From contig NW_027591235.1 of the NCBI RefSeq assembly GCF_964213995.1, forward strand, positions 1-64,000: a stretch of 64,000 nt of DNA. The letters are read 5' to 3'. The position numbers were made by a program, and so were the translations under genes. The DNA comes from Mustelus asterias. Lineage: Eukaryota. Of this stretch, positions 33,989-45,696 are shown piece after piece. Position 1 is the first letter of the stretch. Every line of letters begins with the position of its first letter. A model generated the notes under the pieces. That model worked only from the letters and a program-made list of their open reading frames with translations, searched no databases and had not been told where the DNA came from.

Positions 33989-36913
33989 CTAGACCAATCG
34001 TTTGTATCCCTCCATTCCCAGGCTGCTCATGTGACTATCCAGGTAAGTCTTAAACGATGTCAGCGTGCCTGCCTCCACCACCCTACTTGGCAGCGCATTC
34101 CAGGCCCCCACCACCCTCTGTGTAAAAAACGTCCCTCTGATGTCTGAGTTATACTTCGCCCCTCTCAGCTTGAGCCCGTGACCCCTCGTGATCGTCACCT
34201 CCGACCTGGGAAAAAGCTTCCCACTGTTCACCCTATCTATCCCCTTCATAATCTTGTACACCTCTATCAGATCTCCCCTCATTCTCCGTCTTTCCAAGGA
34301 GAACAACCCCAGTCTACCCAATCTCTCCTCATAGCTAAGACCCTCCATACCAGGCAACATCCTGGTAAACCTTCTCTGCACTCTCTCTAACGCCTCCACG
34401 TCCTTCTGGTAGTGCGGCGACCAGAACTGGACGCAGTACTCCAAATGTGGCCTAACCAGCGTTCTATACAGCTGCATCATCAGACTCCAGCTTTTATACT
34501 CTATACCCCGTCCTATAAAGGCAAGCATACCATATGCCTTCTTCACCACCTTCTCCACCTGTGTTGCCACCTTCAAGGATTTGTGGACTTGCACACCTAG
34601 GTCCCTCTGTGTTTCTATACTCCTGATGACTCTGCCATTTATTGCATAACTCCTCCCTACATTATTTCTTCCAAAATGCATCACTTCGCATTTATCCGGA
34701 TTAAATTCCATCTGCCACCTCTCCGCCCAATTTTCCAGCCTATCTATATCCTGCTGTATTGCCTGACAATGCTCTTCGCTATCCGCAATTCCAGCCATCT
34801 TTGTGTCATCCGCAAACTTGCTGATTACACCAGTTACACCTTCTTCCAAATCATTTATATATATCACAAACAGCAGAGGTCCCAGTACAGAGCCCTGCGG
34901 AACACCACTGGTCACAGACCTCCAGCCGGAAAAAGACCCTTCGACCACTACCCTCTGTCTCCTATGGCCACGCCAGTTCTCCACCCATCGAGCCACTTCT
35001 CCTTGTATCCCATGAGCCTTAACCTTCTTAACCAACCTGCCATGTGGGACTTTGTCAAATGCCTTACTGAAATCCATATAGACGACATCCACGGCCCTTC
35101 CTTCATCAACCGTTTTTGTCACTTCCTCAAAAAACTCCACCAAATTTGTAAGGCACGACCTCCCTCTTACAAAACCATGCTGTCTGTCACTAATGAGATT
35201 GTTCTGTTCTAAATGCACATACATCCTGTCTCTAAGAATCCTCTCCAACAACTTCCCTACCACGGACGTCAAGCTCACCGGCCTATAATTTCCTGGGTTA
35301 TCCCTGCTACCCTTCTTAAACAACGGGACCACATTCGCTATCCTCCAATCCTCAGGGACCTCACCCGTGTCCAAAGAAGCGACAAAGATTTCCGTCAGAG
35401 GCCCAGCAATTTCCTCTCTCGTCTCCCTGAGCAGTCGAGGATAGATGCCATCAGGCCCTGGGGCTTTGTCAGTTTTAATGTTCCCTAAAAAACCTAACAC
35501 TTCCTCTCTCGTAATGGAGATTTTCTCTAACGGGTCAACACCTCCCTCCGAGACACTCCCGGTTAACACGCCCCTCTCCTTCGTGAATACCGATGCAAAG
35601 TATTCATTTAGGATCTCCCCTATTCCCTTGGGTTCTAAGCATAATTCCCCTCCTTTGTCCCTGAGAGGTCCGATTTTCTCCCTGACAACTCTTTTGTTCC
35701 TAACGTATGAATAGAATGCCTTAGGATTCTCCTTAATCCTGCCTGCCAAGAACATCTCGTGCCCTCTTTTTGCCCTTCTAACTCCCCGTTTGAGATCTTT
35801 CCTACTCTCTCTGTATTCCTCCAGAGCTCCATCTGTTTTCAGTTGCCTGGACTTAACGTACGCCTCCCTTTTCATTTTAATCAGATCCTCAATTTCCCTG
35901 GTTATCCACGGCTCTCGAATCCTACCTTTCCTATCTTTCCTTTTTACAGGCACATGCCTATCCTGCAGCCTTATCAATAGTTCCTTAAAAGACTCCCACA
36001 TGCCAGACGCGGACTTACCCTCGAACATCCTCTCCCAATCAACATCCACCAATTCCTGCCTAATCCGGCTATAGTCAGCCTTCCCCCAATTTAGCACCCT
36101 GCCCGTAGGACAGCACTCATCCTTGTCCATTACTATCCTAAAGTTAACAGAGTTGTGGTCACTATTTGCCACATGTTCCCCTACCGAAACTTTGACGACC
36201 TGACCGGGCTCATTTCCCAGAACTAGGTCCAGTATAGCCCCCTCTCTAGTCGGGCTATCTACATACTGTTCCAAAGAACCTTCCAGTACGCATTTTTCAA
36301 ATTCCTCCCCGTCCGGTCCCCCAGCTCTAAGCACTTTCCAGTCTGTGCCAGGGAAATTAAAGTCCCCCACTACAACAACCCTATTTTTTCTGCACCTATC
36401 CAGAATCTCCTGACATATCCTTTCCTCCACTTCCCGTGGGCTGTTGGGTGGTCTGTAGTACACCCCCAGCATAGTGACTGCACCCTTCCTGTTTCTGAGT
36501 TCCACCCACAGCGACTCAGTACATGACCCCTCTAAGTTGTCTACCCTCTGCACCGCGGTAATATGCTCCTTAACTAATATCGCTACTCCCCCACCTTTTT
36601 TAGCCCCTCCTCTGTCTCGCCTAAAACACTGATACCCCGGAATATTCAGCTGCCAGTCCTGTCCTTCTTTTAACCAAGTTTCCGTCACCGCAACCACATC
36701 CAAATTCCGCACAAGCATTAAGGCCCTAAGTTCGTCTGTTTGACCCGTTACACTCCTCGCATTGAAGCAGATGCACTCCAGACCTCCAGGCCCAGTCAGG
36801 TCCTCCTCCTCCAGAGTGCTCCTCTTCTTAGCTAGCCTTGCCCTGGCCCCCAGCTCGACCCCAGCCTCAGTATTTACTGACCTCCTGTTTTGTTCCCCAC
36901 CCCCCTGCCACAC
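33989..36913 (-). CDS. CR1 ORF2 (APE endonuclease plus reverse transcriptase), about 974 aa
   Basis: NARS, VTETWL, YRPP, GDFN and SDH endonuclease motifs; DFSKAFD, GVPQGSVLGP and FADD RT motifs. No stops; begins at the TAGTG overlap with the ORF1 stop. Confidence 0.95.
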   Translation of the reverse strand: MWQGGGEQNRRSVNTEAGVELGARARLAKKRSTLEEEDLTGPGGLECICFNARSVTGQTDELRALMLVRNLDVVAVTETWLKEGQDWQLNIPGYQCFRRDRGGAKKGGGVAILVKEHITAVQRVDNLEGSCTESLWVELRNRKGAVTMLGVYYRPPNSPREVEERICQEILDRCRKNRVVVVGDFNFPGTDWKVLRAGGPDGEEFEKCVLEGSLEQYVDSPTREGAILDLVLGNEPGQVVKVSVGEHVANSDHNSVNFRIVMDKDECCPTGRVLNWGKADYSRIRQELVDVDWERMFEGKSASGMWESFKELLIRLQDRHVPVKRKDRKGRIREPWITREIEDLIKMKREAYVKSRQLKTDGALEEYRESRKDLKRGVRRAKRGHEMFLAGRIKENPKAFYSYVRNKRVVREKIGPLRDKGGELCLEPKGIGEILNEYFASVFTKERGVLTGSVSEGGVDPLEKISITREEVLGFLGNIKTDKAPGPDGIYPRLLRETREEIAGPLTEIFVASLDTGEVPEDWRIANVVPLFKKGSRDNPGNYRPVSLTSVVGKLLERILRDRMYVHLEQNNLISDRQHGFVRGRSCLTNLVEFFEEVTKTVDEGRAVDVVYMDFSKAFDKVPHGRLVKKVKAHGIQGEVARWVENWRGHRRQRVVVEGSFSGWRSVTSGVPQGSVLGPLLFVIYINDLEEGVTGVISKFADDTKMAGIADSEEHCQAIQQDIDRLENWAERWQMEFNPDKCEVMHFGRNNVGRSYAINGRVIRSIETQRDLGVQVHKSLKVATQVEKVVKKAYGMLAFIGRGIEYKSWSLMMQLYRTLVRPHLEYCVQFWSPHYQKDVEALERVQRRFTRMLPGMEGLSYEERLGRLGLFSLERRRMRGDLIEVYKIMKGIDRVNSGKLFPRSEVTITRGHGLKLRGAKYNSDIRGTFFTQRVVGAWNALPSRVVEAGTLTSFKTYLDSHMSSLGMEGYKRLV

Positions 36914-37941
36914 TAGTTTAAATCCTGCCGAAACACTCTAGCAAAACTCCCAGCCAGGATATTTGCTCCCTTCCAGTTAAGGTGTAACCCATCCTTTCTG
37001 TACAGTTGCCATCCTGACTTGAAGATTTCCCAGTTATCTATGAATTTAAAACCCGCCCTCTTGCACCAGTCCTTTAGCCACGCGTTCAACTGTAGAATCT
37101 CCCTGTTCCGAGCCTCACTTGCACTAGACACCGGGAGCAGTCCAGAGATTGCTACCCTGGAGGCCTTACTTTTTAGCCTAGCACCCAACTCCCTGAATTT
37201 CTCTCGTATGACCCCCCTGCTCTTCCTACCTACATCATTTCCCCCAATGTGTACAATCACATCCGTTTGACTACCTTCCTTTTTAAATATGCTTCCTACC
37301 CTCTCGGAGACATCCAGTACCCCGGCACCAGGGAGGCAGACTACCATCCTGGATTCTCGTTCAGTCCCACAGAAGCGCCTGTCCGTGCCTCTAACCATTG
37401 CGTCCCCCACAACTATCGCTCTCCTAAACCCCTTCTTTCCCTTCCGGACCCCTGAGCCTGTCTCCGTGGAGGCGATCTGGTCCTCGTGGCTTACCCCTGG
37501 AGGGTCATCCCCCTCCACAGAATCCAAAACAATATACCTATTGTGGAGGGGGACAACCACAGAGGATCCCTCCACAGACTGCTCACTCCCTTCCCTTCTC
37601 CCATCTGTTGCCCATCCCTTTCTCTTATGGGAGACTGCCACTGGGGTGCTTTCTGGCACATCACCCTTCTGACTATTACCCCTCCTAACCGTGACCCACG
37701 TGTCTTCCTTCCGAGACCCTGGTGTCACTACCTGACTATAACTTTTATCTATGACTCTCTCATTTTCCCTAACTAAACTGAGTTCATCGAGCCTCAGCTC
37801 CAGCTCCCTTACACGATCCTTCAGGAGATGCAGTTCCACACATCTGGCACAGATATGGACTTCCGGGAGGCAAGTTGTCTCCAGGAACTCCCACATCCCA
37901 CACCGAATGCAGTATACTGGCCTCCCACTCATACCAGCCAT
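36913..37941 (-). CDS. CR1 ORF1 (zinc-finger/leucine-zipper plus SGNH-esterase domain), 342 aa
   Basis: CIRCGMW...CARC, LKDRVRELELRLDEL, IVVGD(A)MVR, HIGGND and DGLH motifs; first ATG at 37941. Confidence 0.88.
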   Translation of the reverse strand: MAGMSGRPVYCIRCGMWEFLETTCLPEVHICARCVELHLLKDRVRELELRLDELSLVRENERVIDKSYSQVVTPGSRKEDTWVTVRRGNSQKGDVPESTPVAVSHKRKGWATDGRREGSEQSVEGSSVVVPLHNRYIVLDSVEGDDPPGVSHEDQIASTETGSGVRKGKKGFRRAIVVGDAMVRGTDRRFCGTERESRMVVCLPGAGVLDVSERVGSIFKKEGSQTDVIVHIGGNDVGRKSRGVIREKFRELGARLKSKASRVAISGLLPVSSASEARNREILQLNAWLKDWCKRAGFKFIDNWEIFKSGWQLYRKDGLHLNWKGANILAGSFARVFRQDLN

Positions 37942-38587
37942 GTCCTTTTTAGTTTTGGGGATAAAACAAAAAGGGGCTGTAACCAAAGAAAAACAAACAA
38001 ACAACCTTCCTCGCCGAAGCCCTGTGAGCCAAAGCCCTTTTAGCTCTCACTCTGTCCCCTGCTCACTCCACTGCCCGCTAACGACGCTGCCCGCTCAAAG
38101 GTGCGGCCTACTTTTAAACCCTCCAAAATCTTCCCAGGCTGCTGCTGGGCCTATTTCCTGTTTAGAAAAAAAACCTCTGATTTTTTTCACTAATTTAACT
38201 GAAAAATAATTAAATAAATTAGTGCACAAACAAGCTCCCTTACCCTCAGCCTGCTCCTGTGGAACAATGAGGCTGAAACCTCCAAGTTAAGCACTTTTAA
38301 CCAGAGTACAGATAACAGAGCACAGCACGAAAATTCAAAATTATAGGTAAATGTTCAACAATACTCACCTCTGAAACAATTTCACTGTTTTCTAATTTGA
38401 AACCTGCGGCTGGAAAGATGTCAGAAGCACTGGAATCAGAGAAAAATTGCAATCTTCAAATATTCTAACTCCCTGCAAAAGATTACAAGAGTCATGTGTT
38501 AATTGTGGCTTGAAATTAAGAGATACACATTTTTTGGGGGTTTGAGATTGCTTGAAAATGCTCTTCTTCTAACCAAGGAGATTCCAA

Positions 38588-38935
38588 AATCACAGAATTT
38601 CTGTAGTGCAGAAGGAGGCCTTTTAGGCCATTGAGTCTGCACCAAGTTTCTAACAGAGCACCTTTACTCAGGCCCTATCCCTGTAACCTGATATACGTAC
38701 ATCACTAATCCTCCCCTTTCCTTCCCCCTCATCTTGGGACACAAAGGGACAATTTAGCACTGTCGATCAACCTAACCTGCACATCTTTGGAGTGTGGGAG
38801 GAAACCAGAGCACCCAGAGGAAACCCACATGGACAGAGGGAGAATGTGCAAAGTCCAGACAGACAATCAGCCGAGGCTGGAATTGAACCGGGTCTCTGGC
38901 ACTATGAGACAGAAGTGCTAACCACTGTGTCACCC
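38588..38935 (-). mobile_element. V-SINE (HE1-like), diverged
   Basis: CCTAACCTGCACATCTTTGG..TGTGGGAGGAAACC core and B box. Confidence 0.8.
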
Positions 38936-39009
38936 CCAACAGTCATTTGTAGTCCTGAATATAAATCCATAACATTCTCCCCTCCTGTTTTCTAGCATAA
39001 GATTACTTA

Positions 39010-39500
39010 AAATGGAATATACTTACATTGGAAGCAATTCAGACAAGGTTCACTCGCTGATTTCGGGCATGAAGGGGTCTGTTTTATAAGGAAAGGATAG
39101 GCAGGGTGCATCTATGCTCATTGGATTTTAGATAAATGAGATGTGATCTTTCTGAAACATATGAGATTCTGAGGGTGCTTGACAGAGCGAATGCTGAAAG
39201 GGTTTACCCCTCAACAGGGAATCTGGAACTGCGAGAACAATTTAAAAATAATGATCTAAGACAGAGATGAGGAGAAATTGCTTCTCTCAGAAGTTCAGTA
39301 AGCTGTGAAATTCTCTCCCTCATTGAACAGTAGAGGCCGGCTCATTGAGTATATTCAAAACTGTGTTATATACCATTTTACCTACCAGGAGGTGATGACT
39401 TAGAGAGGTTGGGGCTGGAGGAAAATTGAGTTAAGCCATGTGTTTACTGAATGGCAGAGCAGCCTCGATGGGTCTAGATGCCCCCTCCTGCTCCTAATTT
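39010..39500 (+). mobile_element. Old CR1 3' relic
   Basis: Decayed ORF2 end (GAGATGAGGAGAAATTGCTTCTCTCAG...AATTCTCTCCCT). Confidence 0.6.
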
Positions 39501-39599
39501 TGATCATGTTTTTATTCTGTTATTCGAATGGCCGCACATTCCCCCTGCAGCACCTTCCCCCGGGAAAGGCAGCATCCATTAACCCGGCCTGTCAGTCAA

Positions 39600-39960
39600 T
39601 GACTCAAACATTGTCTCTCCTGGTCACCCAAATCCTGAAGCTCCACCCACTGGTCGCGCATGCGCTCTGCTCCCCGCTAAACAAAAATGGCGGCCGCGGC
39701 ACTGGGCCTGATCCCGGATAAAATCCCCGGAGCTGCAAACCCGGAACCGGAAGGCTCTTATTCAGGCCTTGCGGCCTACAGCAGATGTTTGTGAAGCCTG
39801 TGTTCCCTCCTCACCCCGACTCCCGGCTCCATTCCTCCCGCCGCCCTACCGATTCTCACCCCTTGAAACAAGTGTCTCCCGCACTCGTAGGCCTCCGAGC
39901 AAAGTGGCACTGCGCATGCCCCAGATACAGCGCTGCGCCTGCGCACTGGGCTCCTGTGGA
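39600..39960. promoter_or_regulatory. CpG-island promoter, probably for the ZNF at 28628..30625
   Basis: GCGCATGCGC, ACTGCGCATGC and GCGCCTGCGCA (NRF1-like); AAAATGGCGGC (YY1); CCGGAACCGGAAG (ETS). Confidence 0.6.
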
Positions 39961-40133
39961 GTGAATAGGGCACTTTCACACCCGCAGCGAATGCTGGGTA
40001 ATAACCGCCATTGAAACCTCATACAGTTAATTCAAAATAACATTGTTAGCATTTGAGGTAAATTAATGAAATATTGAGAATTGGTACATTGCTGTGCTCC
40101 ATTTCTCAATGTTCTGCTGCAGGACCATGCAAT

Positions 40134-40480
40134 GGGCAGCACGGTGGTTAGCACTGCTGCTTCACAGCTCCAGGGTCCTGGGTTCGATTCCCAGCTTGGG
40201 TCACTGTCTGTGTGGAGTTTGCACATTCTCCTCGTGTCTGCGTGGGTTTCCTCCGGGTGCTCCGGTTTCCTCCCACAGTCCAAAGATGTGCGGGTTAGGT
40301 TGATTGGCTATGCTAAAATTGCCCTTAGTGTCCTGGGATGCGTAGGTTAGAGGAATTAGTGGGTAAATATGTAGGGATATGGGGGTAGGGCCTGGGTGGG
40401 ATTGTGGTCGGTACAGACTCGATGGGCTGAATGGCCTCTTTCTGTGCTGTAGGGTTTCTAAGATTTCCTAAGATTTCAAT
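40134..40480 (+). mobile_element. V-SINE (HE1-like)
   Basis: Near-consensus head, V domain and tail. Confidence 0.88.
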
Positions 40481-40761
40481 GGTTTCAAAGCTTTTACACC
40501 GTTTCCCTCTCACTCCTCCCTTTATGGTGCTGATTCTGGCTGGGTTCAATCGCACAGTCACTGGTTCTTCTGTCTGTCCCTGATACTGAATATTCACTCT
40601 TTTAGAGAATGATACAGCATAAATAGAAATCATTTGGCCCATTATGTCTCTGCTGGCTCTCTGGAAGATCTATCCAATTAATTCCACACCCGGCTGGTAG
40701 AGTCAGAACAATGCGGGAGGGTCGTGGGGATTCCAATCAGACTGAATCATTTTATCATAAA

Positions 40762-40937
40762 AGTGAAATACTGTGGATGCTGGAATCTGAAAACCCCCCC
40801 AGAAAATGCTGGAAAATCTCAGCGGGTCTGATAGCATCTGTGGAGAGGGAATAGAGCCAATATTTCGAGTCTAGATGTCCCTTCATGAGAGCTCTTATGA
40901 AGTGTCATTCAGACTTGAAACGTTGGCTCTATTCTCT
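40762..40937. mobile_element. Penelope-derived palindromic element with two degenerate hammerhead motifs
   Basis: GATGCTGGAATCTGAAA...GCATCTGTGGAGAG arm followed by an inverted repeat centred on AGAGCTCT. Relatives lie at about 18830, 20755, 49250, 9401 and 46043. Confidence 0.6.
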
Positions 40938-42325
40938 AATTATTTTATCAATATGTTTCTTGTTCTTAGTTTCCAAATGGCAGGTAAGAGACCTGTCCGG
41001 TCCCCACTTAAGCTCTGATTTTTCACTGACCATGCTTGGGTAGGATTATAACCATTAGAATCGACTCTCAGAGGTCTGCTTTTCAGTCCAGTGCTACTTG
41101 GAGGATACCGTCACCTCAGCGACTAACGGGTCACAAGTCCCTCACAGTTCTTATCACAAATTTATGATAAAATAATTTAAACAATGCCTGAGAACGCTTC
41201 TTCACTTCTTAACCGACTACCTACCATGGTTTGTTGATTGGTCAGACCCTCTTTTTACAAATTCGGGTATATCAGCTGCTGAACATCAGCCAGTGTTCTG
41301 GAATAAGTTTAATTCTAACTCATTCTGAGTAAATATTCTCACCACGTCCTCTATCGGGGCCCTGCTAAGCAGCTTTAATGGTCCATGATTGCAGAAACTG
41401 AGCAGTCACAGGAATGTGGTCAAGATAGTCCAGTCCCATAATGCCTCACAGTCCTTCAATTACAACAATATGTGGCTGTATGTAGCTGCCTCGGCCATGG
41501 TCAACCCCAACACTGTCTTCCTGAACTGCTACAATGCCTGAGGTGTAAGTACACCCACAGTGCTGTTAGGGAGGGATTTCCAGCTACACATTCCAGACTT
41601 TCACTGGACTGTAGATGGATACCAGATTGATATATTCCATTCAACCACACCCAAGGTGAGTTGTTCAAATTCCTTGATTGTCCAGGACAATATATTCACA
41701 ATATCTTTAAATTAGAAATTAAACATTCCCATTTGATTTCAGGTATGAACATATTCTATTAGTTTGTTCTTTATTGTCAATGTCAGGCTGGGGTTCTCCT
41801 TGGAGCAAAGGAGGTTGAGGGAGATTTGATAGAGGTGGACAAAATTCTGGCAGGTTGAGATAAGGTGGACAAAGAAAAGCTGTTCCCATTAGCTGATGGG
41901 ACAAGGATGAGGGGGACACAGATTTATGGTTTTGGGTCAGAGATGCAGGGGGGGATGTGAGGAAGAATATTTTGATGCAGCGAATGGTAATGTTCTGGAA
42001 CTCGCTGCCTACGAGCGTGGAGGAAGTGGAGACAATAAACAATTACAAAGGAAATTCGATTGGCATCTGGGGGAGTTTCAAATAGAAATGCTGACTGAAC
42101 ATGTCTTAACTTCCAATCGCCCTGTCACTCTGTGATCCGTGTGAAATTTGAAACCAGGTATTCGCAACAAGACTCAGCCCACTGGAGGCAAAGTCATGAG
42201 ACCAGCCAGTCCAGCAGAAAGAAACCCTCCGACCCTCCCCAATGACCAACTGTGAGAATGAACAAAATGCAGTCCTGGGTGTAACTGAGAGCAGAAACAA
42301 TAACAGCAGAATCCAACCCCTGGAA

Positions 42326-43000
42326 TCACTCGTGAATTGGTTGGTGTCTCAGCAGGGTGGATGAAGCTCTGAAACTCTTCCCACACTGAGAGCAGGTGAA
42401 TGGTTTCTCCCCAGTGTGAACTCGCTGATGTGTCTGCAGGGCGGATGACTGAGTGAATCCCTCCCCACACTGAGAGCAGGTGAATGGTCTCTCCCTGGTG
42501 TGAACTCGCTGGTGTCCTCGCAGGCTGGATAAGTCAGTGAATCCCTTCCCACACACAGAGCAGGTGAACGGTCTCTCCCCAGTGTGAATTCGCTGGTGTC
42601 CTCGCAGGCTGGATAAGTCAGTGAATCCCTTCCCACACACAGTGCAGGTGAACGGTCTCTCCCCAGTGTGAACTCGCTGGTGTGTTCGCAAGTGGGATGT
42701 CTGAGTGAATCTCTTCCCACACTGAGAGCAGGTGAACGGTCTCTCGCCAGAATGAACTTGCTGATGTGTCTGCAGGCTGGATAACCAAGTGAAACCCTCC
42801 CCACAGTGAGAGTAGGTGAAAGGCCTCTCCCCAGTGTGAACTCGCTGGTGTGTCCGCAGATTCGATAACTGACTGAATCCCTTGCCACAGACACAGCAAG
42901 TGAATGGTCTCTCCCCAGTGTGACTGCGCCGATGAGCTTCCTGCTGAGATGGGGATATGAATCCCTTCCCACAGTCCCCACATTTCCACGGTTTCTCCAT
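42326..43000 (-). CDS. C2H2 zinc-finger protein, 8 fingers (finger 3 Cys>Tyr)
   Basis: Open 224-aa ORF from ATG 43000; same flanks as the gene at 8302..8976. Confidence 0.85.
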   Translation of the reverse strand: MEKPWKCGDCGKGFISPSQQEAHRRSHTGERPFTCCVCGKGFSQLSNLRTHQRVHTGERPFTYSHCGEGFTWLSSLQTHQQVHSGERPFTCSQCGKRFTQTSHLRTHQRVHTGERPFTCTVCGKGFTDLSSLRGHQRIHTGERPFTCSVCGKGFTDLSSLRGHQRVHTRERPFTCSQCGEGFTQSSALQTHQRVHTGEKPFTCSQCGKSFRASSTLLRHQPIHE

Positions 43001-44439
43001 GATGCGGGCATCCTTGTGACTCTCCAGGTTAAACAATCAGTTAAATCTCACACAGAACACGGGTACAGTCTCTCCCCGCTGTGAATGCTGCGATGTATTT
43101 TCAGGTAGTGTAACTGGTTAAAGCTCTTACCACTCTCAGTGCACTGGAACACTGTCACTCGGGTGTATCTGTGCCTTGGTGCTTTTCCAGTCACACAAAT
43201 GATTAAAGTTTTTGAAGCAGACAGAACAGGAAAACATTTCTCCTTCGAGAATCAAAGATCGATATATTCAGATCCCGATGAATTGAGTGAGGATGTCAGA
43301 TGTTGATGTGACATTAGATTTGAGATTTCTGTCTGTAAATCCTACCCTTCCAATATCCTGTAAAAGGAGTTTACAGAAGTGATCAGTGTCAGTACAGGAT
43401 AGAAATTCAGAACAATTCTAGTTTCTCTGGAACATTCTTTCCTCTCTCATTCTCCAAAAGCTGTGAATCTCCATCCCACACACTCTCCCTCCATTCTCAC
43501 TCTGCTGTATCTAATATTCACCCTCCCAATTCTCCTGAAGGTGCTGATTGAGGCTGATTGACAGATCCATGCTCACTGCTTCCTGTTCTGGACACACACA
43601 GCTGGAAATCTCCATGCAGGCTGCAGCCTAACAGAAATATGGCTACATTCCTCGACTCAAAATGTTTTAAATGGATTGTTTCAGTTAGTGAAGATGCAGG
43701 GGGTTGTGACTGATGATGATATTGAACTTGCTGCCAATGTGGGTGATCATAGAGTTTTACAGCATGGAAAGAGGCCCTTCGGCCCATCGTGTTTGTGCTG
43801 GCCATCAAGGACCGTTCTATTCCAATCCCATTTTCCACTCTGTGTGCGTAACCTTGTATGCCATGGCATTTCAAAAGCTTAACTAAATTCTTCTTAAATG
43901 TTGTGAAGGTTCCCACCTCTACTACTCTTTCAGGCACTGAGTTCCAGATTCCCTCCACCCTCTGGGTCAAAAGATTTCTCCTCACTTCTCCTATAAACCT
44001 CCTGCTCCTGAAATTAAATCCATGCCCCTGGTTATTGACCCCTCAACTAAAGAGAAAAGTTCCTTCCTGTCCCCCCTATCTGTGCCCCTCAAAATTTTAT
44101 ACACCTCAATCAGGTCCCCCTCACCCTTCCCTGCTCCAAGAAAAACAACGCCAGCCTATCCAGCCTCTCTTCATAGCTGAAACACTCCAGCCCAGCCAAC
44201 ACCCTGGGGAATTTCCTCTGCACCTTCCCCAGTGCAATTACATCCTTCCTATAGTGTGGCGACCAGAACTGCACACAGTACTCCAGCTGTGGCCTATCCA
44301 GTGTTTTATACAGCTCCATCATAACCTCCCTGCCCTTATATTCAATGATGTGGAGATGCCGGCGTTGGACTGGGGTAAACACAGTAAAAGTTTTAACAAC
44401 ACCAGGTTAAAGTCCAACAGGTTTATTTGGTAGCAAATG

Positions 44440-44476
44440 CCATTAGCTTTCAGAGTGCGGCTCCTTCGTCAGATGG
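44440..44476 (-). ncRNA. Minimal type I hammerhead ribozyme motif (Penelope-associated)
   Basis: CCAT-CTGACGA-A-GGAG-CCGCA-CTCT-GAA-AGCT-A-ATGG: stem I CCAT/ATGG, catalytic boxes, stem II, and a palindromic AGCT as stem III. Confidence 0.65.
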
Positions 44477-44802
44477 AGTGGATATCTGCTCTCAAACAGG
44501 GCATACAGAGGCACAAAATCAAGTTACAGAATACTGATTAGAATGTGAATCTCTACAACCATATATCCAATGCCTTGGTTAATAAAGGCAAGTATTCCAT
44601 GTGACTTCTGAACCACCTTATGTAACTGTCTTAATGTCTTCAGAGATCTATGGACATGCACACCAAGGTCCCTCTGATCCTCTGTACTTCCTAGGATCTG
44701 ACCATTCATTGTGCATTCTGTTAACTTGCTCGTCCTCCAAAAATTACCTAAACTTTTCAGGGTTGAATTCCACTTGCCACTGTTCTGCCCATCTAACTAA
44801 AG

Positions 44803-45101
44803 TTTTACGGTTTATTTACTAGTGTCACAAGTAGGCTTACATTAACACTGCAGTGAAGTTACTGTGAAAATCCCTGAGTCGCCACACTCCAGCACCTGTT
44901 TGGGTACACTGAGGGAGAATTTAGCATGACCAATGCACCTAATCAACACGTCTTTCGGACTGTGGGAGGAAACCGGAGCACCCGGAGGAAACCCACGCAG
45001 ACATGGGGAGAATGTGCAGACTCCACACAGAGGGTGACCCAAGCCGGGAATCAAACTCGGGTCCCTGGCACTGTGAGGCAGCAGTGCCTCCGTGCCACCC
45101 T
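44803..45101 (-). mobile_element. V-SINE subfamily with an alternative 3' tail
   Basis: HE1-like head and V domain with a tail ...CACAGTAACTTCACTGCAGTGTTAATGTAAGCCTACTTGTGAC; also present at 58238..58596. Confidence 0.75.
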
Positions 45102-45696
45102 GTCGATATCGTCCTGTAATCTAAGGCTTTGCTCCTCGGTTTTTAGCACATGACCAATTTTTGTGTCATCTGCAAACTTACTAATCATACCTCCTATATT
45201 CACATCCAGATCATTAACGTACACTACAAGCAACAAGCAACCCAGCACCAATCCCTGCGGAACATCACTAAACACAGGCATCCAGTCACAAACACAATTT
45301 TGGATCCGGTTTGGCAAATTGCCCCTGGATCCCATGGGCTTTTACCTTCTCCATCAGCCTCCCATGTGGGACCTTGTCAAAAGCCTGAATGAAGTCCATG
45401 TTGACTTCATCAACTGAACTACCCTAATCTACACACCAAGTCACCTCCTCAAAAATTCAACCAGATTTGTAAGGCATGATCTCTCTTTGCCAAAACCGTG
45501 CTGCCCATCCTTGATTAATCCTCACCTCCCCAAGTGGAAATTAATTCTGTCCCCAGAATTGTTTCCAATAGTTTCCCTATTGCTGAAGTTACACTCACTG
45601 GCCAGTAATTTGTTGTTTTTTTCCCTACTTCCCTTCTTGACTAGTGGTACCATATCAGCTGTCCTCCAGTCCTCTGGCACCGCTCCTGTCCCGAGG

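Larger units (their letters stand above)
33912..38258 (-). mobile_element. Full-length CR1 LINE with 7-bp TSD
   Basis: GTGGAAC occurs at 33905..33911 and 38259..38265. The element has a 5' UTR, two intact ORFs and a (TTCTTTG)n 3' tail. Confidence 0.92.
43745..45695 (-). mobile_element. Decayed CR1 with nested Penelope fragment (44347..44560) and SINE (44803..45101)
   Basis: CR1 RT motifs are colinear across both inserts. Confidence 0.75.
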
